Assembly (NCBI GenBank): GCA_046563655.1
Contig: CM102288.1
Location: 3,596,001 to 3,660,000 of the forward strand
Reading direction: 5' to 3'
Source of the DNA: Yuukianura sp. NJ FZ-2021
Lineage: Eukaryota
Length of the DNA: 64,000 nt
Below are positions 26,158-37,631 of this stretch, piece after piece. A program made the position numbers and the translations under genes. Numbering within the stretch: the first letter of the stretch is position 1; each line of letters begins with the position of its first letter. The notes under the pieces were generated by a model. That model was given only the letters and a program-made list of their open reading frames with translations. It was not told where the DNA came from and made no database searches.

Positions 26158-29100
26158 CGTTGACACTAATTCCTCCCTTGTTGAAGAAACTAATCACTTA
26201 AGGGGACTCAAGTAAATCGCCCTACTGCCAACAAATCACCGCAAAACCTTGTCTTCTCTTCTTCATCTTCCACACAAATCTTCTTCTTCTGCTGACACAT
26301 CTTCGCAAATCAGACACCCCGAGGTCAACAATCCACATTCCACTTTTTGTGAAACTCGTAACGAAAAAACTTGTTTCGAAACAACAACAAGAAAAGTTAC
26401 ATGCTAGGTAGAGATTTTGAAAGAAAGTTTATAAGTTATGTGTACAATCTGTGTAAGCTTATTGTTATTACGTATATGGCGTGAAGTGAATCTCAAGCAC
26501 AATTTCAGAATGGTTCGATGTATCCGAATTTTATAGAATTTGAAAAATAGTAACGCAGTGCATAGTCAAAATTTCCAACTGAATTTCTAAATTTTTTAAA
26601 TTTGGAATTATGTTATTTAGAAAATGCGATTTTCCACCTAAATTTCTAGCGTATTAGAATTTGGAATTTTATAATTTCCAAATTTAGAACATGCCCCTAC
26701 AATCCTAGGGTATTTCGGAATTGTTATTAAACTTAACCAAATTTTTATTAAAACAACTTTGCTTTTGGTTTTCCCAAAAACTCGTCATTAAATTATTATT
26801 GTTGTGGTTTTTCGAATCACTATCTAGTCACATCTAAATGCATAGAAAATTTTTTCCTACTACAAGTAGGTTTTTCCTACCTGTGCTTTAATTTAACATT
26901 TGCATGAGAAATCAGACAAATAACAGGAAAAGAGTTAAAAAAAAATTAGACGAAAAGCGTTGCAGAGGCTCCATTTTCAACGAAAACAAGGAAAGAGGAT
27001 TTAGAAAATAAGTTAGGAATTGGTTTTTATTTTGAAAGAGACGGGGAATGTGTGCTACTTTACATTTTGACAAATAGGATGTTATTCAACAGGTTTTCGG
27101 ATTTCCTTTGAAGTTGGAGGCTCAAAGAGAAAGTTGCCAAATAAGCTTCCTCTTGTTCCCTTGGTCACTTTCTTCTGCCAGGAGCTTTCTTTTGCCTTTG
27201 TGAAGTCCTGGAAGGATCCAAATGGACTGTAGAGAACAATAGAAGCAAAGGAGAGAAAAGTTAGGCCAGATTTGATTTTGATCCATTTTGACAAATCCGC
27301 CTTTCGGATATGTCATTCTGAGAGCCAAGAGAAGAGGACAAAAATAAGATAATCACATTATGATCTTATTCTTCTAGGAACTAAGGTCTGACCAACATAT
27401 CCGTCTGACAAGGATGGACGACGGAAGTCTCGACGAGGCATCAACCCACGTCCAGGAAAAAAAGAGGAAGAAATGGACTCAGTTCCGCCCTTATGACTTT
27501 CTCTCTTCATCTTCTGTCTTGACTCAGCAACGAACTCGCCAGACATGGTCAATGCTCCAACGAAATAATTCTGTACTGCTACTTCCAGCATACAGTATCC
27601 AGCACCTTCTGTAAAGTAATGATCTCTCACAAGAACAACTTGGTCTACACCCAAAGTGATCAACAACAAAGAGACAAACAGGAAATAATAATCTGCGGAA
27701 ATAAATTTGGAAGCTTGAGCTGCCATGCGAAGCTTTCCAAGTTGACCTTTTGGCGTTTGATTCACCGTAGTGCGTACGAAACCTAGCCTTCGTCCAGGAG
27801 AAAGTTGATGAAATTGGTAAAAAGATGAAAGTGATCTAATGAGATCCACTCTGCTAACACGAGTCACACTTTCAATTTGGACAAATAAGCGAACTGGTCA
27901 TGTCCTTCCAGGAACCGTCCAGACCATCATCATCGTTATACTCCGGAAAGTTCACAAGCCCAGAAAGTGCAGAAAAAAAGTCTGTTGCTTTTCTCTTTTT
28001 AGGTTACATTTAACTTACCCGTTCTAGCGACTTTCTCCAGACTCTGCTTCTGATTTATCTGGAGTCCTTTGTCTTTGGGATGTTCCAGGAAGTGAGTTGC
28101 CATAAGTTGGTTCCTTGGAACAGCCATTGGCTAGGTTTATGTTAGGTTAAGTTAGGCTTTGGTTAGGCTCAGATCCTAATTTAAGGAGGGACTCACGTTC
28201 CAACTAAATCCCACCAGAAAACTTTCTCTCTGTCAGAGCAAATATCCCTTTTGCTATGCTAAATTCCATGAGCTTTGTGCTAAAACTACAGCAGACGAAG
28301 ATCTTAATGCGATTAGCCAAGGAGTACTGAATTATTCAAAATTAAGTTATGTAGAATCCGGAATCGCTGCCGAAGCGTTTGGCTGGGCTGAAAGTGAAGC
28401 AGAAGCGCTGGAATAGTGGTGAGGAGATACGTGTTCGCTGGAGAAAGTTGATGAGCAAGACGGTTGGGAAATCTTTGGAAATTGGCGCCTAGTTTGCTTT
28501 TCCAAAACGTCTACTCAAAATTAGCAAGGTTTTGATAACTTATTTTGAACACGGTGTCAAAAGTTGAATATTTTGACAGTTGTGGAGTATTTTGCTGTTT
28601 GTCATTTTGCAGTTGACTGTTTTGGCATGATTTTTGGTGCTGACACGCTTATAATTCAGTTTCCAAACAAAAGTTTCGATTAATTCCTTCTCTTGACAGC
28701 GGAAGAGTGACAGGCGATTAGGTTAAGGTGGGGGTGTGGAGAAAGTCTTTTGTTGAGTAAATCTAAAACACTAGACACCACCAGGACGGTGACAACTTAA
28801 TAAAACGAAAATTCAAAAATTTTGAAAAGTTATTCAAATTTTATGCTTCCTTTTTAAAAACTTGAGAATATGCTAGTTATGCATATTGTTTGAAAACCAA
28901 ACTTAATTTTTGGCCCAATTTTATTTTATTCAGCACATCCTACATAATTTTATAAAGAAAATTTCACACAAACATTTTTTTAACAAAATACTGCCAATTT
29001 TTTGTTTCGAAAACGAAACCTTTCTAATAATGCCGTGTATTTTTTCAATAGAACCTTTTGACTGCCTTGATTTTTAGAATAATTTGTTAAATAAGTTACA

Positions 29101-29585
29101 AGTTTTCACACAAAATCACATAATTTTTTGATAAATTGGAAGAAGTTTGTGATTGACTTAAATACTAAAGGTCCCGAAAATCTTTGCAGTGACCCAATGT
29201 GCATGCGAAACTTATTTGCCAAAATACGAGGCAAAAAATTAGCGAATATGCCACAATTAAACTTTTAAGTGAACCAGTTTCCATAATGTATAATTAGCTA
29301 AACCTAACTTTGTAGTGTCATAATTTGGAATTAAAACTAAATTTCAGCAGAGTCGTTTTCGGCGGGGAGAAAGTAGTGCTGGAGTGAAACTGTTTTTGGT
29401 GCTAAATTGAATTATGGTCAAGACTTTAGTGCAAGTATCTTATGTACTTAATTTCCTATGAAGCAGAAGATGGTCTCTCTGAGATCGACTCTAATGTAAT
29501 CTGATGATCTAAAAACAGTTTCCGCACTACTAAACTTTCATGTCTCTTCTGTGACTTTATGTGGCCATGTCTTCCCAAAATCCAT

Positions 29586-32002
29586 TTATTCTGCTTGGTC
29601 ACTTTGATCCGAGTAAACGGGCACACCACCATGCGTCCCAGTTCTGCCTGGATTCAGTAACAGTTCGCCCTCCGGACCAGGTCTTGGACGACGTCGAAAC
29701 CGATACTCACTCAACACATTTCCAAATGCAATTGAGAACAAGATGACGAAGAATCCAGCAAAGTTCAGAACGTAGGCTGCCGGCGGAAACTGCATGTACG
29801 TTGGACTGAAATTTAAAATCAAAATGTATTAAAAATATCAAATTCAAATATTTCCAGTACTTCGCTCAATTCCTTACTAAATTAACTTTTGACCTCAAAT
29901 TTTCTGAGCCCAAAAGTTCATTTTACCCGAAAACCCACAAGAAACAAGTGAAAAGTTTAGAGTTTTAAAAAGTTGCCAGAAGCTGAAGCGATAGCGCTGC
30001 CGCTTTTCACAAAAAGCGATTGGAAAAGTTGAAGTGTCGAGGAATAAATTTAAAGTCTGAATGCTCTCCAGGCCAAAACTGACGCTTTCCTATATCCAAC
30101 TTTTAGGAAAAAGAGGAATTGGAGTTCCCCGCCCCCAAGCCACACTTCCAGCAGCATCGCCTCCCATTACTTCCAGTACTTTCCAGCATCAGCACAAGGA
30201 GAAAAAGGACTTGAACATTAAAGGAGAATCAAACTATTGCAATCAAAAGTTTCTTCATTAACTCCGTCACCTCCGTCGCCTCAAGGATTTCCCCTTAACA
30301 CATCTTTCAATGAAAATAACGGGAGGGCTGGAACCCTCTCCAGTGCACAATCCATCATCTCCAGCACCACCAGTCTTGTGTGTTCCAGTGCCATGGCTCA
30401 CGTTGAGGATGACGCAGCGTCAACCTTGTCTTCTCGTCAGGCCGTCTCTGACGTTCCAATTTCTATTGACATTCTTCCTTTCCGTCATCTCAGCATCATC
30501 AATCCAGCCCAGGAGAAAGTAACAACCACAGCGACACTTCCACTTTCTCCTTCCACCTCCAGCCCTCCGTCCTATCTTCATTTTGACAAATTACATCTGA
30601 AGGCACCAACACTATTATTACATTACTTTTGAACATGGGCGGGAGAAAGGGATCTGCAAACTTTCACTCTTCACACCACGCCTTCCTCCCTGAGTCCATT
30701 TCACTCAAGTCCAACATCAACTTACAACACTTTCCCCATTAACTGTTCACTGAGAGAAGGAGAAGGGGCCCCTAGGGCCCTTAAACTCATAACTCTAAGA
30801 GTGACAATGACTTTAATTGATAGAATTTGAAACTTACAAAGTGAGACTCCCAATGGCCTTCAGCATGATTCCAGTCAGTGTGGCTCCAGTGCATAGCTTA
30901 AAAAGACTTTGGCCCACGAAGCGATGGATGGGCAAAGCGAAAAGTCGGATGTTCGTTGGGGTCACTGGCACCAAGAAAGTAAGAAATCCGCCAAGAAACT
31001 GAAAAAAAACTCGAAATAATAAGTTTTTGAAATATTTCGGAAGTAATTAGGCCAGCAGTAATTAGTCAGTAATTAAGCAAGTTTCTAAACTTTCTAAATT
31101 CGGTAATTACTTGTAAGTAGTAGAGCGAAATGGCAGCGATTCCAAGCCAGGAATGAAGGGAGTAAAAGTGGGGCTGGCTTTTTATGTTGTGTGAACGAAC
31201 AGCAGCACCCAGTCCAACAGCGGATCCAATACAAGCAGAGAGATCTAATGACAGGGAAAGTATTTTGTCAAGTACTGCCAGTTTATCAAATTAAGTTTGA
31301 TTAGTAATCTTACGTAATCCAGCATGCATTAGTTTCACAGCATATTTCGGTTGTGCCGGTAGAATTCGGTAGATGAGTGAAGCTGGAAGAGAACAAACGA
31401 AAGCAAATGTAAACTTACGTCAGACATGGAAAGGTCATAGGTAAACCACGAGCTATTGAGACGTACCGTGTCCATGTAAGTAGAGCATGAAGAATACCAT
31501 AATCACTGTACACATACAGAAATTGATTAGAATAACATTTCAAGAACGGAGGAAGTTCTATCAAAACCGAGATCCCTACCAATGTGAATATTGACACTTC
31601 CGCCGGCATCATTCCAATCAAATCCTCCACCGTATTCGAAGACCCAGTAGACCATGAGTAGGAACACAATGGCTCCCAGGGTAGTGCCAGAGACCAGAAT
31701 ATGGTAGAAGACTTTGCGTAGCTGGTCATACTCTTTTGGATCTTCTTCAGAACCCATGACTCTAGTACCAGGTACAGCGGTTAATGCTCCTCCGGGACAA
31801 CTTGTACCCGCAACAACCGGAATCTCACAAGTTACTGGTTTGGTGGATTCTGGCTTCGGATGACCTGGATCAAGGTCGCCGCCTTCCGGAACTTGAGGTT
31901 CTGAAAATAAGAGGCAAACTAAAGTCAATAAAATACAAGTAAATAGGAAAACGAGGAGGGCTTAGGGATAGAAATACCTTCCGAAATCAATATCTTTGAC
32001 AT
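29586..32002 (-). CDS. Cytochrome b561 family, paralog B
   Basis: Exons 32002-31978, 31900-31580, 31505-31467, 31382-31314, 31244-31111, 30998-30838, 29805-29586. Motifs NIHIV, LIYRILP, KLMHAG, HFYSLHSWLG, PIHRFVG, C-terminal FRRRP. Confidence 0.88.
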
Positions 32003-33764
32003 GCTGGACAACACTGACTTCGTTTTGTCAAAAAACTTGTTCAATACTAACGTACGTTTTGGAAAAATCATTCCTAACCGAACAAAGAGTAAACGTTAGA
32101 CTCAATTTGTTAGAACTTAACAATCTCAATGTTAGATTTAATTCTGAATATTTCAATTTCACACGCGACCCATATGCCAAGTTTACAATACTTATTAATG
32201 GCTCAATTACGTCAATCAACAGCCTTCATCATAAACTCCTTTAACCATCACTCCTGTAATTTGCAAGTTGCTAGGAACTTAAATTCAACTTGATACACAC
32301 TTTAGCAAAACTTCAACCCAACAGGAATCGAAATCAAAAACGTAACAATATTTACTTTTCAATACAGTCAACCGTGTCGTTAATTGGACACGTTCTACTA
32401 ATTTTTACCCCCGGGGGGAAGGTATTGGTTAGGAAGGAGTAAAGGAATTCAACCAATAGAAAGCGGAAGCAGAAAGGTCAAAGGTACCAGCCGTCGCCAT
32501 TTCCATAACGGGCCAATGTGCTGCCAAAACAATCAGCTTCAGTCAAGTACAAGACAGTTACCAAAACCAAAATGTCACCACGGGTCAAACGCAATAACAG
32601 TGGGAATGGGAATGCAAGTTTGTAAGCTACAAATTGTAGCTTTGAGTACTATGCGCAGACGCGACGCAATGAAGACACGAAGCGGTACGGGCCAGTGCAA
32701 AAGTTATTCAAAGGATTATGTTAATGACACTAATTAAAACTATATTTAAGTCAACTCTTACTTGAACAGTAATCAAGTCCAGGATAAGATTCAAGCTTGG
32801 CCAAATTGTTCCGACTTCCTTCGACGTCAACTCGCAGATGAATCAGCTGCTCTTGTGTTTACTCTTTCAACGTTAAACTTCACCGCCACCCTAAAGACTC
32901 ATTCTTCTTTCCATAAAAAATCAATTCACCCAACTCCAGTTGGATTCCAATGCTCCTAGTCAGTCTGATTTGATAAGAAAGATATAAGATTAAATCAGCG
33001 TTTCAGCGATTTCCGTGTTCTACACGGGGGACTGCCAACAAGTGGTTTTTGCTTATGTCCTTCCTAGTCAGCTGTCTGACAACCACTGTATTTTGCACTT
33101 CGTAAGAACTAGACTGTAAACTTTCACTTTTCACAACAATCCGGTTGAACAATTAACAATTAAGTTGGTCAATTACTTCCTACTAATAATAACAATCAAT
33201 AGTTAAGTTAGTCCAGGAATAGAGCAGCTGCTCCAGATTTTTTGTCTTCCAGGAGTCCTTATCCTTGCGGTTTCTTCGGCAGATGGAAAGAAAGGAACAC
33301 TGTGGACTGGAATCAATACTTTTCTGGATGCGCGCGACGCTGGGAATAGAACTATCGCTGGAACTGGAGAAAAAATGTCCAAACCCGACCTGACATACAC
33401 CCACTCGCTCCAGAAAACTCCAGGAAGGAAGCCTATTTTCTCATTGTCCACAATACTGCCTAGAAACAGGAGGAGAGAGACTGGAATTTGAACAATTCGG
33501 ATCTAATCATCTTCCTGGATGAACATACTCCTTGGACAGAGGCCAAGGCTCTAAGAATTTTGATTATAATTTTCTCTTAAGTTGAGAATTTTCTCTTAAG
33601 TTGAGATGAGGATGACTAACTGACCTTTGACCTTTCTTCCAGAAATTGGCTCTACAAAGACAAAGAAAAACTGGTTCAACTATTTAATTTTCTGGAACTT
33701 TTTTGAACTAAGGTCTCTGAAATTTTCGGCTTTGGAGGGGCTGGGGACTGTTCGGTGGCCAAGG

Positions 33765-35070
33765 TCAAGGTTTCGGTTGGGTTGGAGGAAGGTCATCCTC
33801 GTTTGATTGTCCGAATGCAGTTCTGGATAGTTCGTGTTGGTCTGGAAGTAAAACTGGATCATCGGAAGTGGCCAAGTAGCGCAGAAGTCCAGTAGCTGGA
33901 GTTTCTTGGTCATTAGCAGTTCCTGGACGAGGTCTTCTCCTGAATCGCTCATCCGTGAGCAACCATCGACACAAAATGATGAACGTCACGATCATGAGCC
34001 CAAGGGAATTGAGCACAATGACTCTGGAAGGAAGAGCTTGTTGTTCTCCACCGTCACTCCGAGTCAGCCTCCTGTATCAAAAATCTTAGTTATTAGTTAG
34101 TCCTCATGGGGATATCTTTGACCTTGACATTTGACCTGATCAAGTGCTGACTTCTCGTCAGCAGACCAGAGATGGAACAGGAACCAGCAATGACAATCAT
34201 GGCCATGCCGACAATCTTGTGGCAGAGGAGGATAAATGGAAGTGCGTCGGAGCTGAGGTAAATCCAGTTGCCCGAGATGATACAGAAAAACAAAATGGCC
34301 GCCAGACCCACCCCGAGCCACCCATGTAGAGAGTACAGATGAACTCTAGGTGTGAAAACGTTAATTAATTAAGTTAATTAATTAAACATTATACTTGAAA
34401 TTCGTCACCTTCCATAAACATGATGAGATTCATAGCTGATGCGGACTCCATAGACGGACAGAAACGAAGTTGGCATGAGGATGATGACATGGACAGTGGT
34501 CAGGGTAGAGTACTTGACATTTCTGAATATCCTGAATATTAAAATAGCTGAAAACCAAAGTTAAACTGAAGGTCATCATGGTCAATGTGAAAGGTCAAAG
34601 GTCAATGACCTTATGTCACTTTACCATACACTGGAGTAATGACAAATCCAATGACAGTGCAGACCAAATGGACATTGTAGTCGCTTAGCTCTGCTCGTTC
34701 TGGATGCAGCGAAAATCCGTCCAAGTACATCACCAAAATGTAGCAAATAGCACTCAAAATGCCCAGGGTCAAAGCGTTCAGCGCATGTAAACCAATGAGA
34801 AAAATTCTTCGATCTCTGTTGTATTCAGCAATCGCTGCAGCGATATTCTCTTCTGCGACACTTTTGCCTTCCGGTTCGGCAATTCTAGCATCCGAGGCTT
34901 CAATTAGAAAAAATGAGTTCAAACATATTTTTTTTTAAGAAAACTTTTCAGAAACTACAGAATTCAAAAAAGTGAAAGTTGGTCATACTTTTTTCGTTTC
35001 TGCTGCTTACGACACTTGAACTTTTCGAACCGACGCCTGGAGATAATTGCGAACCGGGAGGATCCGCCAT
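33765..35070 (-). CDS. Cytochrome b561 family, divergent paralog C
   Basis: Exons 35070-34989, 34897-34625, 34547-34409, 34345-34136, 34071-33765. His motifs NVHLV, TVHVI, YSLHGWLG, CHKIVG, and FRRRPRPG tail. Confidence 0.82.
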
Positions 35071-35195
35071 AACGTATTTTTTGAAAAACTTATTTTTTCG
35101 AAATTCATATCTTTATTCAAATTCTGAAAACTTGTTTGAACACCGTGGCTGAGTCTGTTTTGTTATATTCACCTTAGAAACGCTTAGAATAGAGG

Positions 35196-36680
35196 TCATG
35201 TGTCACTCGTGACCTCTCTGGCCACTTTTGGTGGAATTTGGATTTTGTCCTTGACCCCACCGAGCAGTTCACGTTTTGACACAATTGTTCTAGAGGATCC
35301 TTGAATTGGAAGCTGATTTGCGTAAATACACTCCGTAAGCGGTTTGCTTCTGCGCCGAAAAACGGGATGGAAAATCAGCACAAACGAAATCATCGTCAAG
35401 AGAAAACTGAGTAGACCAATCACGTTCCAGGTGAAACCATGCCACCATGCAGCGCTAAAATTTAAAAATTTTGAAAACCAATTTTTTCAAACTTGACAAT
35501 GGACGCTTACTTTTGAAAATTGTGGGCGTGGCTTATCCCGCTCACCCACGTGACAAGTCCAAGGACCAGAATACATTCTCCCAGAAACGTATGAAACTGA
35601 ACTTTGAAATCCGTTGAACTCCTCACGTCTTTTCGATACTTCCGACGAAAAAATAAAAATCCGGAAATCATCTACAATAAAAGCTAAAGTTTGATCAAAA
35701 TGATTATGGAAGTGGCCCATCACCTTCCAGTCCATTTCACGTTCACATCATCATCAAAAGTGAGATGGACACTTTGGACATATCAATTGGACAGATCAAG
35801 AAAGTTTTGATGGGCAAATGAAGTGGAAAAACAGCATAATAAAAAGCTCAACTTACTTCTACTGCCAATCCCACAGTGAGTAGCAGTCCCATCCAGGAAT
35901 GGAATGTAGTCAAGTGGACCATGCCAAATTGGCTATGGCCAATGACCATCACGAGCAGACCGGCGATGAACAACAGCGCAACTGCAGTGTATAGTGCAGC
36001 ATGGACGTAGTTCAGGGTCCAGATTCTGGTATTCGGACAACATCGGTAAGGCAGCACACCTAAACTTAAAAAAATGTCACATTAGTCGTCCAAACTTGAA
36101 ACATTAAGTAACAGACGTGTCATACTTAATGGAAACCCGATGACGACCGAAAGTGTCATGGCTATGGAGTGACTGTGTAGAGTTTTGATTCCAGAAAGTG
36201 ACAGTGACTCCCTTGAGCTGTGCTTCCAATCAAAGAAGAGCAAGAGTCCCTCCAGGACCAAAATCAAAAGTCCAAGAATTCCTGACACGATGACGAGACA
36301 TGTGAACCAGCGTCTCTGTTGGTCGTAACTCTCCAGCAGCACGGTTTCAGTCAATTCAGAAGCGATCCACTTGAGCTGTCTTCCTTCTTCCAGAAATTGT
36401 TGAACATCATTGTCTAAACATATACAAAACTGTCAGTACAAATCAGTGTCAAGGTCAAGGTTGAATGAAAGTTGCACGTACATGATGAAACATCTCCCGA
36501 CCTGATTCGGAAATCACCTTCAAGGTGACCCGAACCAGCGCCAGCGCCGCTGCGTCCAATTCGTAAGCGATTGAGTATAGCACCGCTTAGCTGCGGATCC
36601 ACTCCCAACTGCTTCCAAAGTTCAGCGACACTACCTGCCTCATTCACTTCTTGTTCGTCCGTCCTAGACTGTTCAGCCAT
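35196..36680 (-). CDS. Cytochrome b561 family, divergent paralog D with extended N-terminus
   Basis: Exons 36680-36482, 36413-36126, 36059-35857, 35671-35511, 35454-35196. His motifs HSHSIAM, YVHAAL, TFHSWMG, QFHTFLG, and FRRRS tail. Confidence 0.8.
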
Positions 36681-37631
36681 AAAAAAAACTGAAAATCCTA
36701 AAAAAAATGAAAAAAAAACTGAAAAACTTTTGACAAAATTAGTTTCATAAAATTAGTACACGAAACGCTAGACTCTTTTATCATAAAACTTAAGAAGTCG
36801 CTGGAAGTGTAAACAGTTATCCCAAGAAAATTGTCCAGACGAAACGAAAATGGTCCAAAAAATTAACGCTTTTTTTTTCAAAAAAGTGAAAATGTAAAAA
36901 CTTTGAAGTTGAAATCCCATTGTTTCCATTTGAGCAATCAAGGACTCATTTTCTCCTTTCACCCAAAAGTATTACAAAGGAGCAAAGCGAGCGAGCACTC
37001 AGAAACACTTCTCTATTTTTTTCCCCAAAAAACTTTCTCCTTTTCCCCTCCAATTTGAAACTTTTTTTTATTTCAAAAACGCCTAATTTTCTTGTTCTGT
37101 CTTTTTTTAATTAAAAATAGTCAGTCAGTCTCCCTTGAATTCTGATTAGTGAATCATTATTTCAATTCCCAACTTCCTCATTTCTAAAACTTCCCGCCAC
37201 TACTAAAACAATAGAAAATTACCTTCCATTTAAATCCAACTAAAACATGTTCCCCCGTCCCCATTTTCTCATTAAACCAGGGGGTGGGGATGCGTAGGCC
37301 GACTGTACTAATTAGGAAAACGTGGAAAATTTACTCTCTCTTGTACTTCCAGTACAATTTGCACTTAAACTACAAGTTTATAATTACCTATAATCACACT
37401 TTCCAACCGAAGAAGCCCAAAGACTTCCAAATAAGAAAACGTAGAAAAACTTTCACTTTCGTCCATTTATCCAACTATTTTAGTACAATTTAGTCAAGCC
37501 CAAAAGGTCATTGACTTTCACAATAAATTAATTAGGAATCAAGTGAGTCAAAGTCACTGTAGTCAAGCGAGGTCAAAGGTCAGAAGTCACCGTGACCTCA
37601 AGTTTAAAAAATAACAGCACCAGGATACCAC

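Noticed and set aside
27358..27867. 169-aa minus-strand ORF as a fifth b561 paralog
   Set aside because: No heme His motifs or SLHSW; the FRRP similarity is too short.
33183..33480. Overlapping ORFs between b561 B and C
   Set aside because: No recognisable product or consistent exon boundaries.
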